Origin: an uncultured delta proteobacterium
GTDB taxonomy: Bacteria > Bdellovibrionota > FAC87 > UBA2466
Assembly (NCBI GenBank): GCA_963778115.1
Contig: CAVZSV010000004.1
Coordinates: 2,464,001-2,528,000 of the forward strand
DNA: 64,000 bases
Direction of reading: 5' to 3'
A program made the translations under genes and the position numbers. The first letter of the stretch is position 1. Each line of letters begins with the position of its first letter. Positions 29,301 through 37,599 of this stretch are shown here, piece after piece. Below the pieces are notes generated by a model, which did no database searches, had not been told where the DNA came from, and was given only the letters and a program-made list of their open reading frames with translations.

Positions 29301-29940
29301 CTATCGTTCCTGAAACCGCGACCGGAATTTTCTCTTTCCTCTCCTCGAAGAGTCTTTGGATGCCGAACATTCCTGCTTTTACATTTCGGGTGTCTTGGCA
29401 AGTTTCCAGCAATAAATAGTCAGCTCCGCCATCGAATAGCCCTCTGGCTATTTCGTAAAAGGTGTCGATGAGCTTTTCGAAAGTGATTCCCCCCGTCACG
29501 GAGATGGCTTTCGTGGTAGGTCCTATGGATCCTGCGACGAAACGAGGCTTGTCAGCAGTGGAGTAACCCTCCGCCACTTCTCTAGCGATCCGACAGGCAG
29601 CCACATTGATTTCATATGCTTTGGATGCCAATTGGTACTCGTCTAAGACGATGGGCATTCCTCCAAAAGTATTGGTTTCGATAATGTCGCAGCCGGCTTT
29701 CAGGTGAGATTCATGAATCGAACGAAGGATATCGGGTCGAGTCAGATTTAGGTTCTCATTACAGCCTTCGTACTGCGCTCCTCCAAAGTCGCTGGCCGTT
29801 AGATTCTTATCCTGAATGGCGGTTCCCATGGCGCCGTCGAGCACCAAGATTCTGCTTGCAAGAGCTTCGGTCAAAGTCTTCGTGCGTTTGAGGCGGTCGG
29901 TGCTGGAAAAAAATGGCTTATTTTTGGATTCACTGTCCAT
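26365..29940 (-). CDS. metH: cobalamin-dependent methionine synthase
   Basis: DGAMGT, LNCATGP, GGCCGT, GERSNVIGS, TVKGDVHDIGKN, SGLL, RYSFGYPACP. Confidence 0.97.
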   Translation of the reverse strand: MDSESKNKPFFSSTDRLKRTKTLTEALASRILVLDGAMGTAIQDKNLTASDFGGAQYEGCNENLNLTRPDILRSIHESHLKAGCDIIETNTFGGMPIVLDEYQLASKAYEINVAACRIAREVAEGYSTADKPRFVAGSIGPTTKAISVTGGITFEKLIDTFYEIARGLFDGGADYLLLETCQDTRNVKAGMFGIQRLFEERKEKIPVAVSGTIEPMGTMLAGQTVEALVASLAHFDLLYLGLNCATGPEFMTDHIRTLAAISPFRVSCVPNAGLPDENGCYLETPEMVSAVLSRFIDHGWINLIGGCCGTVCAHTEAYSDLAKGKKPRVAIPVLRSSLSGIEYLEITDEMRPVIVGERSNVIGSKKFKTLICEEKFDDAAEVARGQVKNGAHIIDICLANPDRDEFEDMRRFLDMVIKKTKAPLMIDSTDDRVIEMALTYCQGKSIINSINLEDGEERFEKVVPLAKKFGAALVVGTIDEDPAQGMGVTRGRKLAIAERSYDLLTSKYGISPTDIYWDPLVFPCGTGDVQYVGSAVETIEGIRLIKAKFPLTKTILGISNVSFGLPGAGREVLNSVFLYHCVQAGLDLAIVNSEKLERYASIPEEEKTIADDLLFNRNPNAVANFAAHFRHRKLQIKKDKASIPLDERLASYIIEGSKDGLVEDLAEALKTRRPLEIINGPLMKGMDEVGRLFNLNKLIVAEVLQSAEAMKSAVAHLEPFMEKNESSIRGKVLLATVKGDVHDIGKNLVEIILSNNGFHVVNLGIKVPPEELIRAIAEHKPNIVGLSGLLVKSAQQMVATADDFAKAGITTPILVGGAALSSNFVDRQIARVYNTGTVAYAQDAMAGLDLAKSIVDPDQFEALKKQLADKRAKLEVAPAAVQPIRSEAPDVRSPHVPRVENIPKPQDYDRHIWLESPKIEQIWPFINPMMLYGRHLGIQGHIVRLLTQAANDRSALSKVRDTEPKAYAIWEAVEELKETYRNTHYMKPSAVWQFFRARSEVNKIHLYEGNPKSGESPLVTFEFPRQAKDHRLCLADYVDFDLAKNDNVAFFLVSVGKGIRAVSEDFKNRGEYLKSHVIQALALESAEGYAEFLHSQIRRIWGFPDQPEMTMLERFQAKYHGKRYSFGYPACPNLADQQKLFQILRPLDIGVKLTEGDMMEPEASVSALVFHHPKAVYFSVGQTGESGEPPR

Positions 29941-29949
29941 GAGAACTTT

Positions 29950-31866
29950 TTATTCCACGGTTACGCTTTTGGCGAGGTTTCTCGGCTTGTCGACGTCAGT
30001 CCCCCGGAAAGAGGCGATATAATAAGCCAACAGCTGCATAGGGATACTAAGCAGAACGGGATTTAAAGCCCATGTGGCCGAAGGAATCGAGACGAACTCC
30101 GAGGAATAGTCCTTAAGCTTGGTGTCTTTCTCTGAGCCTACCGAAATGATCCTTCCTCCTCGTGCTTTCACCTCTTGAAGGTTACTTATCTGTTTTTCAT
30201 AGAGCGTTTGGTGCTGAGCGGAATCACTGGCCAATTCGCTTTCTGAATTAGAGTTGGGATCCGAAGCCACCATCCCCATGTTGTGATAGGGGGTGTCGAG
30301 CGTCGCTAGAGAGATAATGACAGTCTTTCGGTCTATAAGGGCAATAGGTCCGTGCTTCAATTCTCCGGCGGGATAACCTTCGGCCAAAATGTAACTAATC
30401 TCCTTTAGCTTCAAAGCTCCTTCTAAGGCGATCGGGTAGTTGATCCCTCGAGCCATGTAAAAGAAGAAAACATCGGGATGATGCTCCAGCGCTATCGCTT
30501 CAATGGCTTTTTCGGTCTCTAGAGTTCTATCCACCAAGAGCGGCAGCCTTCGTAAGTCATCCGCCAATTCGCGGGCTTGGGCTTCGTTGAGGTGTCCGTT
30601 AACGAATCCTAACTGTACGGAAAGCATATAAAGCACAGTGAGTTGAGTGGTAAACGCTTTGGTCGATGCCACTCCGATCTCAGGACCGGCGTCCGTATAA
30701 AGCACGACATCGGATTCTCGGGCCAACGTACTTTCACGGACGTTACAAATAGAGAGGGTACGAATTCCTTTTCGCTTGGCTTCACGAAGGGCCGCAAGGG
30801 TATCGGCGGTCTCTCCCGATTGAGAGATCGTGACCACTAATGTCCCTTTATCCATGATGGGATCTCGATAACGAAATTCGGAAGCAAAATCGACATCGAC
30901 GGCGATTCCGGAGAAGCGCTCTAAGTAGTATTTCCCGACGAGACCCGCGTGTCGGGCAGTGCCACAAGCGACAATCACGATTCTGTTGACCTGACGAAGT
31001 TCATCAGGAGAAAGGGTCATTTCGGCCAGAGCGATAACACTGTGACAGGGATCGACATTTCCCTCAATCGTGTTCGCGATTGCCTGAGACTGCTCATGAA
31101 TCTCTTTGAGCATGTAATGGCGGTAACCAAGCTTGTCCATCTGGTCGGGAGTCCAATCGATAGTCTTAATTTCGGGAACGACTCTTTCCCCTTTTATCGT
31201 TCGTATCTCGACGTGATTTTGGTAGCAGAGCGCAAACTGCTGATCGTTCAAATAAATGATCTTATTGGTGCGATTAAGAATAGCTTGAACATCCGAGGCG
31301 AGATACGAAGCATCGTCTCCCAACCCAACCAAGAGAGGGGCTCCATTTCGGATACCGGCCATTACCCCTGGCTCTTTGTCGTTCATGACGACAAAGGCGT
31401 AAGAGCCTCTTAGTCGAGGAAGAATATTGTAAATGGCCTTTTCCAAACTTCTTCCGGCTTGGACCTCTAGGTCAAAAAGATGGGCAACGATTTCCGAATC
31501 GGTTTCGCTTTTTATTTCACGCCCCATTACCTCTAAGGCCTCTTTGTGGTCCGCATAATTTTCGATAATTCCGTTATGGACTAAAGTAATCGAACCGACT
31601 CGGTGGGGATGCGCGTTGATCTCGGTGGGGGCTCCATGCGTTGCCCATCGAGTGTGACCGATTCCCATGGTCCCCATAAAGCGGTGCCCCTCGAGCTTTT
31701 TTTCCAAATTGAAGATTCTCCCCTCAGCTCGGAAAAGATCCACCTGACCCTGTTCCATGACCGCGATTCCCGCTGAATCGTAGCCCCGATATTCAAGGCG
31801 CTTCAAGCCATCAAGCAAAACATTTTTTGGGTTTTCAGTGCCGATATATCCGATAATTCCGCACAC
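29950..31866 (-). CDS. glmS: glutamine--fructose-6-phosphate aminotransferase
   Basis: MCGIIG, LEYRGYDSAG, GHTRWATHG, SQSGETADT, DKPRNLAKSVTVE. Confidence 0.98.
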   Translation of the reverse strand: MCGIIGYIGTENPKNVLLDGLKRLEYRGYDSAGIAVMEQGQVDLFRAEGRIFNLEKKLEGHRFMGTMGIGHTRWATHGAPTEINAHPHRVGSITLVHNGIIENYADHKEALEVMGREIKSETDSEIVAHLFDLEVQAGRSLEKAIYNILPRLRGSYAFVVMNDKEPGVMAGIRNGAPLLVGLGDDASYLASDVQAILNRTNKIIYLNDQQFALCYQNHVEIRTIKGERVVPEIKTIDWTPDQMDKLGYRHYMLKEIHEQSQAIANTIEGNVDPCHSVIALAEMTLSPDELRQVNRIVIVACGTARHAGLVGKYYLERFSGIAVDVDFASEFRYRDPIMDKGTLVVTISQSGETADTLAALREAKRKGIRTLSICNVRESTLARESDVVLYTDAGPEIGVASTKAFTTQLTVLYMLSVQLGFVNGHLNEAQARELADDLRRLPLLVDRTLETEKAIEAIALEHHPDVFFFYMARGINYPIALEGALKLKEISYILAEGYPAGELKHGPIALIDRKTVIISLATLDTPYHNMGMVASDPNSNSESELASDSAQHQTLYEKQISNLQEVKARGGRIISVGSEKDTKLKDYSSEFVSIPSATWALNPVLLSIPMQLLAYYIASFRGTDVDKPRNLAKSVTVE

Positions 31867-31937
31867 GTAGGGCCTCCTAAGAGAGTTTTCTTCCCGTTAT
31901 CATACTTAGAAACCGGTCATTGAAACGACGCCTATTC

Positions 31938-33047
31938 TCAGGGAGCTCCAAGAATAGACCGAATTGCCGCAACCACTTCCCATTGTATTTCCGCAGTGAT
32001 GTTAGGCCACATCGGAAGCGAAAGCACTTCGTTAGCGGCACTCTCAGTCACCGGAAGGGACGGGAAATTCATTTGTTCGTAAACTTTCAGTCGATGAACC
32101 GGAATTGGATAATAGACCATCGAATCGATCTGACTTTCGGCCAGTCGTCGGTGCAATTCATCCCGCCGTCCGTCCGTTACTCGGACAGTAAATTGGTGAT
32201 ACACATGCCCCTTTTCAGTCGCCTGGGGCGGCGTAACGACTCCTACGATCCCGGAAAGCATTTCACGGTAACGATTGGCGGCCAAACGCCTCAAACGGTT
32301 GTTTTCATCCACATGAGGGAGCTTAATTCTAAGGATGGCTGCTTGCAGTTCATCTAGCCGGGAAGCGTAGCCCAAAGCTTCGTGATGGTAGCGTTGCTTT
32401 GAGCCATGAACGCGAAGTAGGCGCACCTTTTCAGCTACGGCGTCATCATCGGTGACAAACAGTCCGCCGTCTCCGTATGCCCCTAAGTTTTTTGTCGGGA
32501 AGAAGGAAAAAGTTCCTCCCTTGCCTAAAGCACCCAACTTCTTGTTTTGGTATTCGCCACCAAAGCCCTGTGCCACGTCTTCCAGAATCAAAAGCCCGTG
32601 CTTTTTGGCGAGTTCGAGTAAGGGCTGCATCTCAGCGGCAAGTCCGAACAGGTGCACCGGCAGGATCACTTTGGTGTTTGCGGTAATCTTGCGTTCCACC
32701 GAAGCCGCGTCAATATTGAATGTCGTCGGATGAATATCGGCGAAGACCGGGGTCGCACCGATTAAGCTAATGGCTTCGGCCGTGGCAAAAAAAGTAAAAG
32801 CAGTGGTGATCACTTCGTCACCCGGCCCCACCCCCAAAGCTCTCAGCCCCATAATCAAAGCGTCCGTTCCGGAGGCCACTCCGATGGCATGCTTGGTTCC
32901 CAAATACTGGGCCGCCTCTTTTTCGAGGGCGGTTACATTCTCGCCAAGGATAAATCGGCCCGAAAGAAGCACCTTTTGGATAGCTTCGTTGAGCTCGTTC
33001 CAGTGGGCTTTAATTTCGGTAGAGAGATCTAAAATCGGTATCTTCAT
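31938..33047 (-). CDS. DegT-family sugar aminotransferase (WbpE-like)
   Basis: SGTDAL, PVHLFG, SFFPTKNLGAYGDGG, SRLDELQAA. Confidence 0.95.
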   Translation of the reverse strand: MKIPILDLSTEIKAHWNELNEAIQKVLLSGRFILGENVTALEKEAAQYLGTKHAIGVASGTDALIMGLRALGVGPGDEVITTAFTFFATAEAISLIGATPVFADIHPTTFNIDAASVERKITANTKVILPVHLFGLAAEMQPLLELAKKHGLLILEDVAQGFGGEYQNKKLGALGKGGTFSFFPTKNLGAYGDGGLFVTDDDAVAEKVRLLRVHGSKQRYHHEALGYASRLDELQAAILRIKLPHVDENNRLRRLAANRYREMLSGIVGVVTPPQATEKGHVYHQFTVRVTDGRRDELHRRLAESQIDSMVYYPIPVHRLKVYEQMNFPSLPVTESAANEVLSLPMWPNITAEIQWEVVAAIRSILGAP

Positions 33048-33224
33048 CGGATTCTTAGTCTACTCGCAATTCCCAGTCGGCGTCCACGACTGGCATAGCG
33101 GCTCAGCAAAAACCGAGAAATAGTCGAATCTGCAACTGAAATTGGGCCTAGGGGTGGGGGGTGAAACTGCCATTTGACCCCGGTGGCTAAAAGGTCTAAA
33201 AATGATGGTTTCGGAGACAAAGAC

Positions 33225-34199
33225 TTGAACAAGTCGCCTATTCGCTTGAAGGTTGCCATTTTAGGCAGCGGGAATATTGGAACTGATCTTCTGATTAAAG
33301 TGACGCGCTCCCCTTACTTGGAGTGCACCGCCTTTGTAGGAAGAAACGAGTCCTCTCTGGGGCTCGCTCGTGCGAAGTCGATGGGAGTATCGCTTTCGAC
33401 CAAAGGCATAGAATGGCTGGAAGCCAACCCCGACCAATTCGACATTGTCTGTGACGCAACGTGCGCGGACGGCCATCACCTCCACGAGACCGTTTTGCGA
33501 CGAGTTGGAAAAATTACCGTTGACCTAACTCCCGCTCAGGTCGGCCAGATGGTCGTTCCGGCCATCAATATCGATGAATGCCTCAAGCACTCCAATGTAA
33601 ATTTAGTAACGTGCGGCGGCCAAGCGGCTATCCCCTTGGCATGTGCGATTTCAAGAGCGGTCGAAGCCGACCGAGTGGAGTATGTCGAAGCGGCTACCAG
33701 CATAAACTCGAAAAGTGCGGGTCCCGCGACACGAACTAATTTAGAAGAGGATTTGCAGACGACAGAAAAGGGCCTGGTGGAACTTGCGGGCGTCCTTAGA
33801 GCGAAGGCTTCTTTGGAATTGAGCTCGCTGGCCTCTTGCGTCAACATGCAGACGACAGTCACTGCCAAGTTTAATTCCCAAGCGAATTTACCCGATCTGC
33901 AACGTTTGAAGCTGGCCGTCGGCGAAATGGTCGAAAAGGTAAAAACTTACGTTCCTGGCTATGAGCTGATCGAAGCGCCAAGCTTCGTAGACGGTCTATT
34001 GGTCGTTCGAGTCTGTGTGCGAGGAAGGGGCGATTATCTTCCGACTTACGCGGGTAATCTCGACATCATTAATTGTGCGGCCGTTGCCGTTCTAGAAAGA
34101 CATGCCTTGGAATTGGCGCAGTCACCGGCGGGCTACCGAGTTTGGGCTGCGGGCCTAGGCCGCAAGCGCGAATTCGGCTACGAACGAAGCGTAAATTAG
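33225..34199 (+). CDS. acetaldehyde dehydrogenase (acetylating), DmpF/MhpF family
   Basis: GSGNIGTDL, DLTPA, NVNLVTCGGQA (catalytic Cys), SAGPATR, GDYLPTYAGNLDI; TTG start after GGAG. Confidence 0.9.
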   Translation: MNKSPIRLKVAILGSGNIGTDLLIKVTRSPYLECTAFVGRNESSLGLARAKSMGVSLSTKGIEWLEANPDQFDIVCDATCADGHHLHETVLRRVGKITVDLTPAQVGQMVVPAINIDECLKHSNVNLVTCGGQAAIPLACAISRAVEADRVEYVEAATSINSKSAGPATRTNLEEDLQTTEKGLVELAGVLRAKASLELSSLASCVNMQTTVTAKFNSQANLPDLQRLKLAVGEMVEKVKTYVPGYELIEAPSFVDGLLVVRVCVRGRGDYLPTYAGNLDIINCAAVAVLERHALELAQSPAGYRVWAAGLGRKREFGYERSVN

Positions 34200-34231
34200 C
34201 GTCCGCTTCTTTTCTCCCTTATAATTAGACA

Positions 34232-34871
34232 ATGCGATCACAACTAATCGTCTGTGTGGTGTCCGCGCTTTTACTGGCAGGTTCGCTGTTTGCCGAGGAC
34301 CCGCCAACTACCATGGGCAATGTTCGTAAGATTCCCAAAGCCCCGTTGTCTTCTCCCATGGTCGACATGACCTGGGACCAGCTCAACGCTGCCTATACCG
34401 AGGTCGAGTTTTCGGATATCGACTGTAACAATTTGAAGAAGGTCGTGAATCAGGGAGTCGTCGACCATCTGCACAAGTTAGAGACTGCGGCGGCCGATGC
34501 CGCTAACGGCGATAAGGGGCCCAAGAAAGATCTTAGTGGCTTATCAACATACGGTTTTTAAGATGTTGAATGCGCAGATGATGAAAATGCTGGCGGTCCC
34601 GGAACTAAAGCAAACTTTGCTCGATCTAACGGCCACTACGTTAGATCAGGCTAAGCGCGCGATTGCGAATTCAACGGCGGATGTCTTTACCCTCAAGAAA
34701 TTTCGCGATCGCTTCGCTACCCTTAGCAATCAGGGAGAAGACAAAGGGCTCTTTCATAGATATCGCGAAGCGTTATTGCTCGTGAATCAGGTGCAAAATC
34801 CGGCTCCGCCGGGGACTCCGGGTGTGGTCGCCCCCAATCACGGCACAGCGCCAACTCCGACACCACACTAA
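34232..34871 (+). pseudogene. secreted hypothetical protein apparently split by a +1 frameshift near 34515-34530
   Basis: ORF 34232-34561 has a signal peptide; overlapping ORF 34497-34871 lacks an obvious RBS and continues as helical sequence; removing one base joins ...GDKGPKK to ILVAYQHTVF... Confidence 0.5.
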
Positions 34872-34987
34872 AAGAGTGCGATTGGAACCTAGGCGTTGTC
34901 GCGGTATCATAGTGTTGTAGCCTTTCGATTCACTTCTGGTTTCGTCACACCATCATTCAGATAAGCCATTCTTTTCTAGGAGCAGCC

Positions 34988-36034
34988 ATGATCCGGGCAG
35001 GTATCATCGGGGTTGGATATTGGGGACCAAATCTTCTTCGCAATCTTGTGGAGAATCTCGAAGTCCAAGTGAAATGGGTCTGTGACAAAAATCCCAGGGC
35101 GCTGGCGAAAATGACGCGTCGCTATCCCGGCGTTCAGGGGACCGAAGATGCCGGCGAGATCATTAAAGACAACGCGGTGGATCTGGTCGTCATCGCTACT
35201 CCCGTACAGAGCCATGCGAGGCTCGCGATAAGTAGCCTTACGGCTGGTAAGCATGTTCTGGTGACCAAACCAATGGCGCTCTCGGTGGTTGAGTGCCAAG
35301 AGATGATTGACTGCGCGCAAAGATGCGGTCGGATATTGATGGTCGATCACACTTTCGTTTACCACCCGGCAGTTCGTCACATGGCCGAGATGATCGGCCG
35401 TAAAGAGATGGGGGAACTCTTGTATTTTCAATCCACCCGCATGAATTTGGGCCTCTACCAACCGGACGTTAGCGTCATCTATGATCTGATGTCCCACGAT
35501 CTGTCGATTTTAAACGAGCTGGTCAAAGAAGACCCCGTGGAGATTAGTGTGTCATCGAAGCACGCGGCACGCCTTCCGCAGCCCGATATTGCGTATCTCC
35601 AATTGAATTACCATTCCGATTTCATTGCTTCCGTTCAAGCCAGTTGGCTATCGCCCTCAAAGATTCGCCAGACGCTACTCACCGGGTCCAAGCGAATGGT
35701 CATTTATGACGACAACGACGTGTTACAAAAGGTGAAAGTGTTCGACAAAGGGGTCGACACGGTTAACTTCACGGACAAAGAGGCAGGTTACACTCAGTTC
35801 ATTCAATACCGTCAGGGCGACGTCTATTCCCCCGCCCTTCCTACCACGGAAGCACTTAAGCTTGAGATCGATCACCTGGTCGAGTGCATTCAACATCAAA
35901 AGACACCGCGGACTAACGGCCATGAGGGGCTCCGCGTCGTGAGGCTTCTGGAATATGCGGATCAGCTTGCGCGCGCGAACCAGTGTTGGATTGCGCTTCC
36001 TACGACCTCCCGTACCAGTCTTAAAGCCGCCTGA
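34988..36034 (+). CDS. Gfo/Idh/MocA oxidoreductase (sugar 3-dehydrogenase-like)
   Basis: GVGYWGPNLLRN, KHVLVTKP, MVDHTF, DLMSHD, SWLSPSKIR. Confidence 0.92.
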   Translation: MIRAGIIGVGYWGPNLLRNLVENLEVQVKWVCDKNPRALAKMTRRYPGVQGTEDAGEIIKDNAVDLVVIATPVQSHARLAISSLTAGKHVLVTKPMALSVVECQEMIDCAQRCGRILMVDHTFVYHPAVRHMAEMIGRKEMGELLYFQSTRMNLGLYQPDVSVIYDLMSHDLSILNELVKEDPVEISVSSKHAARLPQPDIAYLQLNYHSDFIASVQASWLSPSKIRQTLLTGSKRMVIYDDNDVLQKVKVFDKGVDTVNFTDKEAGYTQFIQYRQGDVYSPALPTTEALKLEIDHLVECIQHQKTPRTNGHEGLRVVRLLEYADQLARANQCWIALPTTSRTSLKAA

Positions 36035-36041
36035 CGTCACC

Positions 36042-36167
36042 CTTCTTGTTGGAGTACTTAGCTTTTAGCATTTGTCTTTTAGTTTTTTGCATCCGACCTA
36101 CGCTGTTACTAGCAGTAAGTGAATCTGCGGAAGCTAAATGACAAATGCTAAATCTAACCAGCAAAAG
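36042..36167 (+). other. long rod-like intergenic hairpin (candidate sRNA/leader/terminator)
   Basis: TTTAGCATTTGTC (36064-36076) pairs perfectly with GACAAATGCTAAA (36140-36152); the stem extends with G-U pairs on the + strand. Confidence 0.55.
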
Positions 36168-36280
36168 ACCTCGATTTTGTTCCCTTCCGGCATCTTTGCG
36201 CGGCCTTAATCCATACCCCCAGAAAAACTAGGCACACGTACCGATTTCGGCTAAAGTGCCCCGTAAAAGGAGCGAGGCGC

Positions 36281-37000
36281 ATGGCTGGATCGCAATTAAA
36301 GGTAAAAATTTACTCGGATGGGGCTGACCTTTCTTCAATGCTGGAAGGGGCGAAAAACCCTATCATCAAGGGGTTGACCACGAACCCTTCGCTAATGAAA
36401 AAATCGGGAGTATCCGATTATCGAGGTTTTGCGAAAGAGGTCCTCTCCAAGATTACCGATAAGCCCATCTCCTTTGAGGTCTTTGCGGACGATATCGCCG
36501 AAATGCGGCGCCAAGCCCATGAGATCGCCAAGTGGGCAAGTAACGTCTACGTAAAGATTCCCATCACCAATAGCGAAGGGCAGACGACCCTTCCTCTGAT
36601 CGAAGAGCTTTCGCACCAAAATATTAAGTTGAATGTGACGGCCCTTCTCACCCTAGAACAGGTCTGGGGAACGTGTTTGGCGGTGAAAGGCGGAGCGCCT
36701 TCCATCGTTAGTGTGTTTGCGGGGCGAATCGCTGATACGGGGCGCGATCCCATTCCTTACATGGCGGCTTCTCTGGAGATGTGTAAAACGGCGGGCAAGG
36801 ATGTCGAGCTCTTGTGGGCAAGCACGCGAGAGGTCATTAACATTGTTCAAGCGGATCAAGTGGGCTGTCATATCATTACGGTGCCAGCCGATATCATCAA
36901 AAAGTATCATTCCATGGTCGGAACTCCCCTGAACCAAGTGAGTTTGGATACCGTGCGGACGTTTAAGAAAGATTCTGATTCGGCCGGGTATAAGCTTTAA
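36281..37000 (+). CDS. short transaldolase-family protein (polysaccharide-locus type)
   Basis: GLTTNPSL, YVKIP (Schiff-base Lys), NVT, SVFAGRI, LLWAS. Confidence 0.93.
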   Translation: MAGSQLKVKIYSDGADLSSMLEGAKNPIIKGLTTNPSLMKKSGVSDYRGFAKEVLSKITDKPISFEVFADDIAEMRRQAHEIAKWASNVYVKIPITNSEGQTTLPLIEELSHQNIKLNVTALLTLEQVWGTCLAVKGGAPSIVSVFAGRIADTGRDPIPYMAASLEMCKTAGKDVELLWASTREVINIVQADQVGCHIITVPADIIKKYHSMVGTPLNQVSLDTVRTFKKDSDSAGYKL

Positions 37001-37010
37001 GGAATTGCTC

Positions 37011-37595
37011 ATGTCGTTCTCGCAGGAATACCTTCAAGAGAGTACAGCACTCATCAAGTCTCTGGACGTCGCATCGATAGAAGCCTTGGCCACGGGACTA
37101 GCGGAAGTGCGAAATGCTGGCGGAAGACTTTTTATTTTGGGGGTTGGCGGCTCGGCAGGACATGCGAGCCACGCCGTAAACGATTTTAGAAAGATCTGCC
37201 AGTTTGAAGCTTATGCTCCTACTGATAACGTTTCAGAACTTACCGCTCGCATCAATGACGACGGCTGGGAAACTAGTTTTTCGGAGTGGTTGAAGGGGTG
37301 TCGCATCCAATCTAAAGACGCGGTATTGGTTTTTTCCGTGGGCGGCGGCAATCGCGAAAAGAATGTCTCGATGAATCTCGTCCGGGCATTGGATGAAGCC
37401 CGCGGGGTGGACGCCAAAGTATTCGGCATTGTCGGACGCGATGGCGGTTATACGAAACAGGTGGCCTGCGCTTGTGTGGTCATCCCCACCATCAATCCCG
37501 ATAGAGTAACTCCTCATACTGAAGGGTTCTGTGCGGTGGTCTGGCATCTTTTGGTAAGTCACCCTCTACTAAAAGCTCGTCCCACAAAATGGTAA
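37011..37595 (+). CDS. SIS-domain phosphosugar isomerase (divergent GmhA paralogue)
   Basis: GVGGSAGHASHAVNDF, ARINDDGW, FSVGGG, TPHTEG. Confidence 0.88.
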   Translation: MSFSQEYLQESTALIKSLDVASIEALATGLAEVRNAGGRLFILGVGGSAGHASHAVNDFRKICQFEAYAPTDNVSELTARINDDGWETSFSEWLKGCRIQSKDAVLVFSVGGGNREKNVSMNLVRALDEARGVDAKVFGIVGRDGGYTKQVACACVVIPTINPDRVTPHTEGFCAVVWHLLVSHPLLKARPTKW

Positions 37596-37599
37596 ACGA

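Noticed and set aside
31867..31937. glmS ribozyme or SAM/cobalamin riboswitch ahead of glmS-metH
   Set aside because: Only ~70 bp of intergenic space and no recognisable motif
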